From NCBI GenBank assembly GCA_964512185.1, contig CAZEJJ010000001.1:40704-104703 (forward strand): a stretch of DNA of 64,000 nt, read 5' to 3'. The translations under genes were made by a program, and so were the position numbers. The notes below the pieces were generated by a model. That model was given only the letters and a program-made list of their open reading frames with translations, did not search any database and was not told where the DNA came from. This document shows, one piece after another, positions 1-11,448 of the stretch (the stretch's first letter is position 1; each line of letters begins with the position of its first letter). This DNA comes from an uncultured Enterobacterales bacterium. GTDB lineage: Bacteria > Myxococcota_A > UBA796 > JAFGLY01.

Positions 1-625
1 CGATGACATCGGCCACCATCACGTCGGACAGCTCCACGCTGGGCGGGTTGGTGAGCAGGTTGCGCAGCGAGGCCACGCCCACCAGCTGGCCGGAGTCGTT
101 CTCGACGTAGAGGTAGAAGACCGACTCCACCTCCTCGGCCTCCTGCAGGGCCTCGATGGCCTCTCGGCAGGTGGCGTCCTCGTGCAGCCTGAAGGCCACC
201 GGCTGCATGATGCCGCCAGCGGAGTCCTCGGGCCAGGCCAGCAGATCTTCCACGTACTCGCGGTCGTCGCGGTGGATGCGCGCCATGACCGCTTCGCTGA
301 TCTTATCGGGGAGCCGGACGATGACGTCCGTCTCGTCATCCACCTCCATCAGGTCGAGCAGCTCAACCAGGCGCTCCAGCTCCAGGCGCTTGACCAGGTT
401 GGCCAGATCGCTCTCGGTGACGTGCACCAGCAGATCGGCGGCCATCTCGTCGTCTTCCAGGTGCGTGAAGACGAAGCGCTGCTCAGCCGGAGCCAGGTTG
501 GGCATGGCCGCGGCCACGTCCTCGCCACGGGTCTTGCGCAGCAGCCGGACGAGGGTGGGCCCCGCACGCCGACGGGCTAGCCGCCGGATGGCCTCGACGC
601 GGGTCTTCAGCAGGTTCTCGGCCAT
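1..625 (-). CDS. mgtE: Magnesium transporter MgtE, N-terminal part (gene continues past window start)
   Basis: Absent from the ORF track because it runs off the edge. My reverse-strand translation from the ATG at 625..623 reads MAENLLKTRVEAIRRLARRRAGPTLVRLLRKTRGEDVAAAMPNL...LLAWPEDSAGGIMQP...VFYLYVENDSGQLVGVASLRNLL. That is an MgtE_N helical domain followed by a CBS motif, with no stop down to position 1. Confidence 0.85.
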   Translation of the reverse strand, partial: MAENLLKTRVEAIRRLARRRAGPTLVRLLRKTRGEDVAAAMPNLAPAEQRFVFTHLEDDEMAADLLVHVTESDLANLVKRLELERLVELLDLMEVDDETDVIVRLPDKISEAVMARIHRDDREYVEDLLAWPEDSAGGIMQPVAFRLHEDATCREAIEALQEAEEVESVFYLYVENDSGQLVGVASLRNLLTNPPSVELSDVMVADVI

Positions 626-655
626 GGCGAAGGGGCAGGCTTGGAGGAAGAGGGG

Positions 656-1309
656 CTAGCGATCATCCTCCTGGATGAACACCAGGCGACGACCAGCGGA
701 GAGGTTGCCCAGGGGACGCAGAGCCTGGCCGTTGTAACTGATCCGCACTCGCGTGAGATCGGGGACCTCCACGGCGATCTCACGCTGCCCCTTGAAATCG
801 AGCTTGCCCCTGACGGGCAGCACTCCATCCTGCACCAGCTCGCCGTCCACCTCGATCCGCAGCCGCGAAGGCTCCAGGGCCCGGATGGCGAGCTCGTGGG
901 CGTAGGTCTCGGGTTCGGCCGGTGTCTGTACGGCCTGCTCGGGCCCGGCTCGATCCACCACGCTGGCGGCCACCCACAGGCCGAGCACCACCAGCACCGC
1001 CACGGCGACGCCCATGGCCAGCGCACGGCCCATGGACATCGGGGTGCGCAGCAGGCCCGCGGTGAGGGCCGCTGTGGTCTCGGTGGGCTCGCCGCTGCCG
1101 CCGACCACGGCGGCCTGCTGGACCAGGGGCTGCTGCCGCAGGTAGGCGGCGTACTGCGCTCGCCAGCGAGCGATGGTGCTGCCCGGGCGCAGCTGGGCCT
1201 CGGGCTCGGCCTCCAGCGAGGCCAGGATGTCGATGGGGATGCCGGTGGCCCTGGCCACGTGGCGCAGCGTGACGCCTCGCAGCTCGCGCTCGCCGCGCAG
1301 ATCGCGCAC
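656..1309 (-). CDS. rodZ: RodZ-like cytoskeleton/shape protein (N-terminal HTH, one TM helix, C-terminal DUF4115-like domain)
   Basis: 217-aa ORF. HTH segment LRGVTLRHVARATGIPIDILASLE, TM segment ALAMGVAVAVLVVLGLWVAASVV, C-terminal beta-rich domain (RLRIEVDGELV...RISYNGQAL). Sits in the rlmN-TPR-rodZ synteny known from Gammaproteobacteria. Confidence 0.7.
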   Translation of the reverse strand: MRDLRGERELRGVTLRHVARATGIPIDILASLEAEPEAQLRPGSTIARWRAQYAAYLRQQPLVQQAAVVGGSGEPTETTAALTAGLLRTPMSMGRALAMGVAVAVLVVLGLWVAASVVDRAGPEQAVQTPAEPETYAHELAIRALEPSRLRIEVDGELVQDGVLPVRGKLDFKGQREIAVEVPDLTRVRISYNGQALRPLGNLSAGRRLVFIQEDDR

Positions 1310-2059
1310 CTAACCCTCCAGGCTGGCCAGCAGGGACTCGGCCTGCTCGGACAGCTGGGTGCCGGGGGCCAGCACCAGCACGCGCCTCAGGATGGCCTCG
1401 GCTTCGTCGGTGCGCCCCTGCTCCAGCAGCAGGATGCCGAGCTGCAGCTGGGTGCCCGGCTGCTCGCCACACAGCTCGTTGAGGCTCTCGAAGGAGTCGA
1501 TGGCCGCCAGCGAATCGCCCTTGGCCGCCTGGGCCAGCCCCAGGTTGAAGCGCGCGGGGCAGAGGTTCGGCGCGCGCCGCACGGCCTCGGAGAGCGTAGT
1601 GATGGCGCGGTCGTGCTCCCCCTGGCTGTACAGGGCGAAGCCCAGGTTGTTCAGCACGAAGGAGGGCCGCCGGTAGGTGAGATCGTCGATGGCCGCCTGG
1701 TACTGCTCGATGGCCTCGTCCACCCGGTCCTGCGAGAAGAGGAAGAGCCCGTAGTTCAGGTGCGGCTCGGCGCGCTCATCGGCCAGGTGGATGGCCTTCT
1801 TGAAGGCCCTCTCGGCCTGCTCGGGCCGACCCTTCTCCGCCAGGGCGAGCCCCAGGAAGGTCCAGGCCGACCAGTTGCGGCGGTCCAGCTCCACGGCCTT
1901 GTTCAGCACGAGGATCGCCGACTCGAGGCTGCCCTCCTGCAGGTAGGTGCGGCCCAGCTCCGCCTGGGCGATGGAGCGGTCTGCCTTGGAGGCGACGGTC
2001 TGGGCCGTCGCCGGGCTGACGAGCCAGATGGAGAGGAGCACGAGGAACAGCCAGCGCAT
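1310..2059 (-). CDS. Secreted TPR-repeat protein, PilF/PilW-like
   Basis: 249 aa. Signal peptide MRWLFLVLLSIWLVSPATAQ with no lipobox Cys, followed by repeated TPR-type A/L/Y/G patterns. Located between rlmN/mtnP and rodZ. Confidence 0.7.
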   Translation of the reverse strand: MRWLFLVLLSIWLVSPATAQTVASKADRSIAQAELGRTYLQEGSLESAILVLNKAVELDRRNWSAWTFLGLALAEKGRPEQAERAFKKAIHLADERAEPHLNYGLFLFSQDRVDEAIEQYQAAIDDLTYRRPSFVLNNLGFALYSQGEHDRAITTLSEAVRRAPNLCPARFNLGLAQAAKGDSLAAIDSFESLNELCGEQPGTQLQLGILLLEQGRTDEAEAILRRVLVLAPGTQLSEQAESLLASLEG

Positions 2060-2924
2060 CAGAGCAGACCTCCCTGTCCGCGAAGGACATCGAGGATCTC
2101 ACGCTTGGCGGGCGCGATGGCCTCGGGCTGCGTGAGCAGGGCGTCGGACAGGGCCCCGCGGGCAGGGGGAGCGCCCGCGTGGGCCAGCACTCGTGGCAGT
2201 GTAGCGCGGATGATGTCCTGGGCCAGGGCCGCGTTCTTGCGCAGCACCGCCACCACCGCGTCGCAGGTGACGTCGTCGTGACCCTCGTGCCAGCAGTCGT
2301 AGTCGGTGCAGCAGGCCAGGGTGGCGTAGGAGATCTCGGCCTCGCGCGCGAGCTTGGCCTCGGGGATGTTGGTCATGCCGATGACCGAGGCCTCCCAGGA
2401 GCGGTACAGCCTGCTCTCGGCCTTGGTGGAGAAGGCCGGCCCCTCCATGCACACGTAGGTGCCGCCATCGTGGGCGGTGGCCCCAACCTGCTCGGCCGCC
2501 GCCAGCAGGTAGCCGCGCAGGGCTCCGCAGACCGGATCGCCGAAGGCCACGTGGGCCACCAGCCCGGCCCCGAAGAAGGAGGAGGCGCGCCCCCGCGTGC
2601 GGTCGATGAACTGGTCCACCAGCACCACGTGACCGGGCGCGATGTCCTCTCGGAGCGAGCCCACGGCGCTCACGCTGATGATCCACTCCACACCCAGCTT
2701 CTTCATGCCGAAGACATTGGCCCGGTAGGGCACCTCGCTGGGGGTGAACAGGTGGCCCCGACCGTGGCGCGCCAGGAAGACCACCTCGGCCTCGCCCAGG
2801 CGGCCCACCAGGAACGCGTCGGAGGGTGCGCCGAAGGGGGTGTCCACGCACTGCTCCCGCAGCTGGGACACGCCGGCCATCTCGTACAGCCCGGTCCCCC
2901 CGATGATGCCGATTCGCCTGGCCG

Positions 2925-2928
<4 letters not shown>
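2059..2928 (-). CDS. mtnP: S-methyl-5'-thioadenosine phosphorylase
   Basis: Only the C-terminal 289 aa of track ORF 2059..3723 look real, starting at the ATG at 2928: MTARRIGIIGGTGLYEM...FLARHGRGH...SVSAVGSLRE...YVCMEGPAFSTKAES...GMTNIPEAKLAREAEISYATLACCTDYDCWH. These are classic MTAP motifs. The upstream part of that ORF is the wrong frame of rlmN. Confidence 0.9.
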
Positions 2929-4055
<1,127 letters not shown>

Positions 4056-4093
4056 GAAGGGATCTCCGGTGCAGGAGCCCTCATACCCCCTGG

Positions 4094-6292
4094 TCAGGCG
4101 CCCTGCCGCAGCAGATCGGCCAGCATGGTGTGCCGATCCTGGCGTCCGGAGATGCTCACAGCCAGCCGGACGGCGCGCCGCGAGCCGATGATGCAGCAGA
4201 ACCTGGAGGCCCGCGTGATGGCCGTGTACAGCAGGTTCCGGCGCAGCATGATGCGGTGGGAGCTGTGCATCACGATGACCACAGCGGGGTACTCGGAGCC
4301 CTGGGACTTGTGCACCGTGATGGCGTAGGCGAGCTCCAGATCCCGGAGCTGGTCCCCGGTGAGCGTCACCAGCCGGCCCTCGAAGTCCACCGTGAGGGAC
4401 TCCTGTCCGGTGGCGGTGACCCGCCCCACCTCGCCGTTGAAGATCTCCGACTGGTAGTTGTTGCGGGTCTGGATCACCCGGTCGCCCCTGCGGAGCAGCC
4501 AGTCGCGCACCTTCAACCCACGCTCCCCAGGGTTGAGGGTCTGCTGCAGCATGCGGTTGAGGGTCACCGTACCAAGCTGCCCGCGGTGCACCGGCGCCAG
4601 CACCTGGATGTCCTCCATGGGGCCGAAGCCCTTGCGCGGGAGACGTCGCGCCACCACCTCCAGCAGGGCTGCCTGCACCTCCAGGGGATCCTCCCGCGCC
4701 ACCAGGAAGAAGTCCTGGGCCGGCTCGGGCTGGCGCGGCCGCCCGCCGGGCCTGGCGCTGCTCTCCTGCTTCCAGCGGGCCAGCTCGCGCTCGGCGCTCA
4801 GGGGCATGGAGCCCTCGTCCACCCGGTGGGCGTTGACCACGATGCCGCTGCCCGCCACCTGCCGGTAGATCTCGCGCAGGCGCACCACGGGCACCACGCC
4901 CGAGGCGATCAGATCCCCCAGGATCTGCCCTGCGCCCACCGCGGGCAGCTGGTGATCGTCGCCCACGAAGACCAGCCTGCCACCGGCCGGGATGGCCTCG
5001 AGCAGGGCGGCCATCAGCTTGAGGTCCACCATGGAGGCCTCGTCCACGATCACACCGTCCGCCTCCAGGGGGTTGTGGGCGTCGCGCTTGAAGCGCATCT
5101 CCGCGAAGGCGAACTCCAGCATGCGGTGCAGGGTGCTGGCCTCCTGGCCGCAGGCGTCCGCCAGGCGCCTGGCGGCCCGGCCGGTGGGCGCTCCCAGCTT
5201 CCAGCGCTGCCCTGCCTGGCGCGCGGCCGCCAGCAGCACCTTGACGATGGTGGTCTTGCCTGTGCCGGGCCCGCCGGTGATCACCAGCGCTCCACAGCGG
5301 AGCGCCTGCTCCACCGCCCTGCGCTGGTCGTCGTTCAGCTCCAGCCCGGTCACCCGCTCCGCGTCCCGCACCGTCAGCAGGCTGGGCTGCCTGGGGCGCG
5401 ACACCAGCGCCAGCAGACGCCGGGCCACCCGCCGCTCCAGGGCCGCCAGCCGCGGTAGCTGCAGCGGGCGCAGCGATGGATCGGCGGTCTCGCGACCCAG
5501 CAGCCGCCCGCTGTCCAGCAGCCGCTGGACCGCCTCCCGCCAGGCCGCAGCGGGCACATCCAGCGCCCGGAGCGCCAGCGCCAGCTCCCGCTCGGGCAGG
5601 AAGCAGTGGCCGTCGTCCTCGGCGCGGTCCAGGGCATGCGCCACCGCGGCTTCGGCGCGCTGCGGGTGGTCTCGATCGAAGCCATTCTGGCGGGCGATGG
5701 TGTCGGCGGTGCGGAAGCCCACGCCGGGGATCTCCCGCGCGAGCCGATAGGGATCGCGCACCACCACAGCCAGCGCCGCGCGTCCGTAGCGCTCGGAGAT
5801 GCGGAGGGTGAGGGCCGGCTTGAGACCGTGCCCGCGCAGGGTCGCGTGCAGCTCGCGATCCTCGCGGTCCGCCTGCCAGGCCTCGCGGATGGCCGCGACC
5901 CGGGAGGGGCCGATCCCCCGGACCTCGGCCAGCCGCTCGGGCTCGTCCTCCAGCACGCGCAGGGTCCGCAGCCCGAAGGCTTCCACGAGGCGATCCGCCA
6001 GCCCGGGGCCGATGCCCTTGACCGCCCCCGCCGAGAGGTAGGCCCGCAGCCCCCGCAAGGTGCGGGGATCGTCGGCCAGGAAGCTCTTCACCCGCAGCTG
6101 CCGGCCGTGCACCCTGTGCTCCTCCCAGCGGCCCGACAGGTGCAGCGTCTGCCCCGGGCGCGCGCCCCCCAGCAGGCCCACCACCGTGATCTCCTCGTCC
6201 GAGGGGAGCCGGAAGCGACCCACGGCGAATGCCGATTGCTCGTCCAGGTAGGAGAAGCCGAGCAGCTCTCCCTCGATGCGGGTCTCAGACAA
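4094..6292 (-). CDS. recD2: RecD2-type SF1B ATP-dependent DNA helicase
   Basis: 732 aa. N-terminal OB/HhH region, Walker A ITGGPGTGKTT, Walker B VDEASMVD, C-terminal AITVHKSQGSEY motif. Confidence 0.88.
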   Translation of the reverse strand: MSETRIEGELLGFSYLDEQSAFAVGRFRLPSDEEITVVGLLGGARPGQTLHLSGRWEEHRVHGRQLRVKSFLADDPRTLRGLRAYLSAGAVKGIGPGLADRLVEAFGLRTLRVLEDEPERLAEVRGIGPSRVAAIREAWQADREDRELHATLRGHGLKPALTLRISERYGRAALAVVVRDPYRLAREIPGVGFRTADTIARQNGFDRDHPQRAEAAVAHALDRAEDDGHCFLPERELALALRALDVPAAAWREAVQRLLDSGRLLGRETADPSLRPLQLPRLAALERRVARRLLALVSRPRQPSLLTVRDAERVTGLELNDDQRRAVEQALRCGALVITGGPGTGKTTIVKVLLAAARQAGQRWKLGAPTGRAARRLADACGQEASTLHRMLEFAFAEMRFKRDAHNPLEADGVIVDEASMVDLKLMAALLEAIPAGGRLVFVGDDHQLPAVGAGQILGDLIASGVVPVVRLREIYRQVAGSGIVVNAHRVDEGSMPLSAERELARWKQESSARPGGRPRQPEPAQDFFLVAREDPLEVQAALLEVVARRLPRKGFGPMEDIQVLAPVHRGQLGTVTLNRMLQQTLNPGERGLKVRDWLLRRGDRVIQTRNNYQSEIFNGEVGRVTATGQESLTVDFEGRLVTLTGDQLRDLELAYAITVHKSQGSEYPAVVIVMHSSHRIMLRRNLLYTAITRASRFCCIIGSRRAVRLAVSISGRQDRHTMLADLLRQGA

Positions 6293-6313
6293 GTGGAGCC
6301 TCCAGAGGGGATC

Positions 6314-7834
6314 CTACCTGCTGTACACCTCGAACCGCTCCATGTGGTAGTGCGGCACCGCCCGCACCACGATCCTGCGCCCCGTGCGCTGCTCGTAGGT
6401 CTCCAGGCTGGCCAGCTCTTCGCCGTAGAGCAGATCCGCCACGTCGGGGTTCACGTTGACCATGATGTTCTCGCGGTTGCTGCTGCGCTTGGCCTCGCGC
6501 TGCACCTCGCGCAGGATGTCGAAGCAGACGGTGATGCGGGAGCGCACCTGGCCCTTGCCCTCACAGTAGGGGCAGGCCTCGGACAGGAAGCGCACCAGGT
6601 CTTCCTGCACGCGCTTGCGGGTCATCTCCACCAGGCCCAGCTCGCTGATCTTGATGATGTTGGTGCGCGCGCGGTCGGCCCTCAAGGCCTCGCCCAGGGT
6701 GCGGAACACCTTGTCGCGGTTGGCCTCCAGCTCCATGTCGATGAAGTCGATGATGATGATGCCGCCGATGTTGCGCAGCCTCAGCTGGTAGACGACCTCC
6801 TTGATGGCATCGAGGTTGATCTTGAGGGTGGTGTCCTCGAGGTTCGAGGTGCCCACGTACTTGCCCGAGTTCACGTCGATGGCGGTCAGCGCCTCGGTCT
6901 GGTCGATGACCAGGTAGCCGCCGGACTTGAGCCACACCTTGCGCCCCAGGGAGCGGGTGATCTCGGTCTCGATGCCGTAGGTGTCGAAGCTGGGATCCAC
7001 GCCGCGGTAGTGCTGCACCCGGTCGCGCATGCGGGGCATGAAGTCGCGCATGAAGTCGCTGACGCGATCGTAGACCGCCTGGTCGTCCACCACCATGCGC
7101 CGCACATCGTCGGTGAAGCCATCGCGCACCAGCCGCAGCACCAGGTCGTGCTCTTCGTGCAGGATCGTCGGAGCCTTGGCCTCCTTGGTGGCCTCCTGCA
7201 CCTTCTCCCAGGTGGACACCAGGTAGTCCATGTCCTGCTTGAGCTCAGACAGGGGCTGGCTGTCGCAGACCGTGCGCACGATGACCCGGGCGCCCTTGTT
7301 GGGGTGGTTTTCCACTATGTTGGGCTGGGGCGTGGGCTCACGGTCCTTGTCGATGCGCCGCGAGATGCCGATGTGGTCCACGGTGGGCATGTAGACCAGG
7401 AAGCGACCGGGCAGCGTGATGTGGGTGGTGATGCGCGCACCCTTGGTGCCGATGGGATCCTTGGCCACCTGCACCAGGATGGACTGGCCCTCGCGCAGCA
7501 GATCCTGGATAGGAGGGTGGCCTTCGCGGGGTGTGGCCCGCGGGCTCTCTTCGGCCACCGTCAGGTCGGGGTCGACGGGCGTGTCGTCGTTGGCCAGGTC
7601 CAGAAACGCGGGGAAGATGTCGCCCACGTACAGGAACGCGGCGCGCTCCAGCCCGATGTCCACAAAAGCCGCCTGCATGCCAGGCAGCACGCGGACCACC
7701 TTGCCGTAGCAGATATTGCCCACGTAGCCACGGCCCTGGCCACGATCGATGTGGAGCTCGGCGAGCTGCTTGTTCTCGAGGATGGCTACTCGAGTCTCAC
7801 GCCCCGTGATGTTGACGATGATCTCGGAAGGCAA
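6314..7834 (-). CDS. rng: Ribonuclease G (RNase E/G family)
   Basis: 506 aa. S1 domain GNICYGKVVRVLPGMQAAFVDIG and catalytic core ...IDVNSGKY...GGIIIIDFIDM. The size fits RNase G rather than RNase E. Confidence 0.88.
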   Translation of the reverse strand: MPSEIIVNITGRETRVAILENKQLAELHIDRGQGRGYVGNICYGKVVRVLPGMQAAFVDIGLERAAFLYVGDIFPAFLDLANDDTPVDPDLTVAEESPRATPREGHPPIQDLLREGQSILVQVAKDPIGTKGARITTHITLPGRFLVYMPTVDHIGISRRIDKDREPTPQPNIVENHPNKGARVIVRTVCDSQPLSELKQDMDYLVSTWEKVQEATKEAKAPTILHEEHDLVLRLVRDGFTDDVRRMVVDDQAVYDRVSDFMRDFMPRMRDRVQHYRGVDPSFDTYGIETEITRSLGRKVWLKSGGYLVIDQTEALTAIDVNSGKYVGTSNLEDTTLKINLDAIKEVVYQLRLRNIGGIIIIDFIDMELEANRDKVFRTLGEALRADRARTNIIKISELGLVEMTRKRVQEDLVRFLSEACPYCEGKGQVRSRITVCFDILREVQREAKRSSNRENIMVNVNPDVADLLYGEELASLETYEQRTGRRIVVRAVPHYHMERFEVYSR

Positions 7835-8182
7835 GGCGATCTCCAGGAGATCGCCGCGTACGCCCGCGACGCGGACCCTCGGGCGCGCCCGGAGGGCGGC
7901 CCTGTGGAGGGGTCCGGCAGGAATGGAGCAGTGGCGCTCATGATGGCGTCAGGGGTGGCATCGGTGCCAGCTCCGGCGGGTGGAAGCGGCGTGGGCCCCA
8001 GCAGGGCCCCAAGTGGGTCACCCGGGCGACACCCGGGAGAGAAGAACAAAAGCTGAACACAAGGCGAGAGGCGAGGCGCCTGCTGCGGCTCGCGATGTCG
8101 CGAAGAAGGGAAGGGTCCGGTGACGGACGCCGTCTGGTGGAATCTCACACGCCGAGCAGCGAGCGTCAATCCGCCACAGCGC

Positions 8183-9235
8183 TCAGCTGCCGGTGGCGGG
8201 CTCCACCGCGCCGGCGAACTGCGCCACCCGCTGGGGATCGCCGATGACGATCACCGTGTCGCCCGGCTCCAGCACCACGGCGCCTCCGGGCGTGGCCGTC
8301 AGCGCTCCGTCCGGCTTCTGGATGGCCACCACCAGCAGCTTGTGCTCCGCTCCGATGGCCAGCTCCCGCAGGCTCTTGCCCGCGAAGGAGCTGCCCCTGG
8401 GGATGTTCACCTCGTCCACGTCGAACTCGTCGTGCACTGAGAAGGTGGCCAGGTCCAGGAACGAAGTGGCGGTGGGACGCAGCAGGCCGTGGGCCATGCG
8501 CCAGCCGGCGATGCGGTAGGGGTTGACCACCTGCCGCGCCCCCACCCGGCGCGCCCGATAGCTGGCCTCGGGCTCGTCGATGCGGGTGATGATGTTCAGC
8601 TTGGGGTTGAGCTGGCTGGCGGACATGGACACGTACACGGCCTCGGCCGCCGAGGGCAGCGCGATGGCCAGCCCGGAGGCGCGCTCCACGCCGGCCAGGC
8701 GCAGGGCGTCGTCGCTGGCTCCGTCGCCTTGCACCACCGGCACCTCGCCGTGCTGCTCGATCTCATCCACCACGGCCGGGTCGCGCTCCACCACGCAGAC
8801 GGGCACGGAGTTGCGCAGCAGGTCGTCCACCACCACCCGGCCCAACCGGCCATAGCCCACGACGATGCAGTGGTCCTTGAGCTTTCGCATGCTTCGCTCC
8901 TTGCGCCGCTGGCGCAGGCCGCGCGCCATGTCACCGTCCAGCACCGAGCGCGCCAGGACGGTGGCTGTGTAGGTGGCGATGCCCACGCCACCGATGATCA
9001 AGCCCAGCGAGAAGAGCCGCCCAGCCGGCGTGAGGGTGTGCACCTCGCCGTAGCCGATGGTGGTGATGGTGATGACCACCATCCACAGCGCATCCAGCAG
9101 GCTCCAGTCCTCGATGAGCATGTAGCCCGCCGTGCCGATGACGATGACCAGCAGCAGCGCCGCCAGCGCGATCCGGAACGAGCGCTGGGAAGGCAGGGCG
9201 CGGCGGCCCCCACGGCTGGTGCTGCGAGCCGTCAT
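8183..9235 (-). CDS. Two-TM potassium channel with cytoplasmic RCK (TrkA-N/TrkA-C) domain, MthK/Kch-like
   Basis: Selectivity filter TTIGYGE, Rossmann motif VVGYGRLG, C-terminal TrkA-C. I start at the internal ATG 9235 (MTARSTSRGG...); the 66 extra N-terminal residues of track ORF 8183..9433 are low-complexity and overlap the divergent receptor gene region. Confidence 0.85.
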   Translation of the reverse strand: MTARSTSRGGRRALPSQRSFRIALAALLLVIVIGTAGYMLIEDWSLLDALWMVVITITTIGYGEVHTLTPAGRLFSLGLIIGGVGIATYTATVLARSVLDGDMARGLRQRRKERSMRKLKDHCIVVGYGRLGRVVVDDLLRNSVPVCVVERDPAVVDEIEQHGEVPVVQGDGASDDALRLAGVERASGLAIALPSAAEAVYVSMSASQLNPKLNIITRIDEPEASYRARRVGARQVVNPYRIAGWRMAHGLLRPTATSFLDLATFSVHDEFDVDEVNIPRGSSFAGKSLRELAIGAEHKLLVVAIQKPDGALTATPGGAVVLEPGDTVIVIGDPQRVAQFAGAVEPATGS

Positions 9236-9308
9236 CGCAGTCCTGCTATCCGGTCCACACACTGCCTCCCATCCCAGCTCCGTGATAGCGTTCCGGGCAG
9301 GAGGTCCC

Positions 9309-11438
9309 GTGAGAAGGCACGCCTGGCTGACCACCCTCGCGCTGGGGGCGCCCACGGCGGCGCTGGCTGCGGTGGACCCCTTCACCGAGCCCGACGAGGC
9401 CGACGCGTTCAAGGTGGAAGAAGAGATGGTCACGGTGGCCTCGCGCTACGCCCAGACCGCGCGGCAGGCCCCCAGCATCGTCACCGTGGTCACCGACCGC
9501 CAGATCCGCGAGCGAGGCTTCCTCACCCTCTCCGATCTGCTGGCATCCTTGCCGGGCGTCTACCTCACCATGGCCCCTGAGGGCCGCTCGCTGGCCTGGT
9601 TCCGCGGCGTCATCGCACCGGACAACAACAAGTTCCTGCTGCTGGTCGACGGTGTGCCCTGGTACGACGGGATCTACACCCACGCCTGGATCGACGAGTA
9701 CATCCCCCTCGAGAACATCCGCCAGGTGGAGATCATCAAGGGCCCCGGCTCCGCCATCTACGGCACCAACGCCTTCTCCGGCGTGGTCAACGTGGTCACC
9801 TACAGCGCCGCCGATCTCGAGGGCGGCTTCCTCCGGGCGACCGCGGGCTCCAACGCCAGGCGCGGCGCCGCCTTCGTCATGGGCGACCACACGCGGTTGT
9901 CCGGCGGCTCCGACCTCGGCGTCTCGGGCAGCGTGCGCCTGCTGGACACCGACGGTGACGGTCTGGAGCTCAACCCCAAGGGCCAGCACAACATCTCCGG
10001 CACCCAGCCGCGGCGCGCGGTGAACGCCTCGCTCCGGCTGCAGACCGACAAGCTCGATCTGGCCCTCGCCGCGGTGGACTACCGCCACAGCTACTACACC
10101 CAGCCCCAGGACGACACCCTCGACGTGCTGCTGCAGTCGGTGGACGAGTTCAACCTGGCCTACCGCGACCAGTTCTTCACCGCTCGCTACCGCGTGGACC
10201 TCAACCGCAACATCGCGCTCACCCCCTACCTGTACCTGCAGCACTACGACGACCCTGGCTCGTACGCCTGGTTCTCCGACCCCGAGGTCACCGAAGGAGA
10301 CGACGGCTCCCTCTCGGCCGAGTGGAAGACCACCCTGGTGGAGACCCACAAGGAGACCACCCGCGCTGGCAGCGGCGTCGAATTGCAGGCCCGCCCGGCG
10401 GCCAGCCATGTGCTCGTGGGCGGGCTGGGCATGGAGTACAACGGCACCCTCGCCCTGGAGGATCTGCAGTACTCCGACCTGGAGGGTGAGCCAGAAAACG
10501 CTGGCTTCTACCTGCCCGATTCCACCGCCCATATCTGGGACGTGTTCGGCTACGTGCAGGAGACCTGGACCGCGCTGTACTGGCTGGAGCTCACCGGCGG
10601 CCTGCGCATCGACCTGCACAGCAGCGCGGGCGTGCGCCCGAGCCCGCGCCTCGGTGTGCTCCTGGTGCCCACCGCCGACACCGTGCTCAAGCTGCTCTAC
10701 GGCTCCGCCTTCCGCGCCCCCACCGTGCGCGAAGCCTACGTGGCCACCGATCAGGACGAAGAGGGCGCCAACATCTGGACCGCAGGCAACCCGGATCTCA
10801 CCCACGAGAGCATCGACACCATGGAGCTCGAGGTGCTCAGCTCCCCGGGCCGGGTGTTCGATCTCCGCGGCGCCGCCTTCTACAGCCGCATCCGCAACGA
10901 GATCGACAAGCGCGAGGTGGCCGACCCGGACCCCGAGCTCGGCGACGCCTACTACGACAACTTTGCCGGCAGCGATGTGCTCGGCGCCGAGATGGAGGCC
11001 ACCGCCAGCCTGCGCTGGCTCGAGGGCTCCGCATCCTACGCCTGGACCCTGGCCCAGGACCGCGCCGAGAGCCGCCAGCAGTACGAATTCCCGCCCCACA
11101 TGGCACACCTGCGCGCCACGGTGCATCCCGGCGACGCCCTGCGGGCCAGCTTGATGCTCGACGCCGTCGGGCGCCGCCCGCGCGAAGCCTGGAGCCTGGA
11201 CGCTGGCCTCGACGACGGCGAGCCCTTCGCCCTGCTGCACGCGGCCCTGGCCACCGACCTGCTGGCCCACAGGCGCGTGCGCGCCGATGTCAGCCTGCGC
11301 AACCTGCTGGGCACCGAGTACAGCACCCTGATCTACCGCGACGACGCCAACGAGGTGCGAGATGGCGCACCCAAGTACCCCAACGACCTGGCGGGATCGG
11401 GCCGCAGCATCGTGGTAGGGGTCGAAGGAGAGTTCTAG
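9309..11438 (+). CDS. TonB-dependent outer-membrane receptor
   Basis: Plug domain (SIVTVVTDRQIRERGFLTLSDLLASLPGVY, IEIIKGPGSAIYGTNAFSGVVNVVT), long beta-barrel, terminal ...VGVEGEF. Start set at the in-frame GTG 9309, giving signal peptide VRRHAWLTTLALGAPTAALAA. The track start 9132 overlaps the divergent channel gene. Confidence 0.85.
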   Translation: MRRHAWLTTLALGAPTAALAAVDPFTEPDEADAFKVEEEMVTVASRYAQTARQAPSIVTVVTDRQIRERGFLTLSDLLASLPGVYLTMAPEGRSLAWFRGVIAPDNNKFLLLVDGVPWYDGIYTHAWIDEYIPLENIRQVEIIKGPGSAIYGTNAFSGVVNVVTYSAADLEGGFLRATAGSNARRGAAFVMGDHTRLSGGSDLGVSGSVRLLDTDGDGLELNPKGQHNISGTQPRRAVNASLRLQTDKLDLALAAVDYRHSYYTQPQDDTLDVLLQSVDEFNLAYRDQFFTARYRVDLNRNIALTPYLYLQHYDDPGSYAWFSDPEVTEGDDGSLSAEWKTTLVETHKETTRAGSGVELQARPAASHVLVGGLGMEYNGTLALEDLQYSDLEGEPENAGFYLPDSTAHIWDVFGYVQETWTALYWLELTGGLRIDLHSSAGVRPSPRLGVLLVPTADTVLKLLYGSAFRAPTVREAYVATDQDEEGANIWTAGNPDLTHESIDTMELEVLSSPGRVFDLRGAAFYSRIRNEIDKREVADPDPELGDAYYDNFAGSDVLGAEMEATASLRWLEGSASYAWTLAQDRAESRQQYEFPPHMAHLRATVHPGDALRASLMLDAVGRRPREAWSLDAGLDDGEPFALLHAALATDLLAHRRVRADVSLRNLLGTEYSTLIYRDDANEVRDGAPKYPNDLAGSGRSIVVGVEGEF

Positions 11439-11448
11439 CCAGGAGCCC

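Noticed and set aside
5606-8056. 816-aa plus-strand ORF, and similar giants at 641-2281, 9246-11270, 39756-41996, 50999-53698, 51771-53381, 45316-47067, 55041-56771 and 36341-38317
   Set aside because: These lie antisense to, or out of frame with, genes that have unmistakable family motifs. Their translations are dominated by R/A/G/P/H/Q runs with no recognisable domains. They are typical shadow ORFs of a ~70% GC genome where stop codons are rare.
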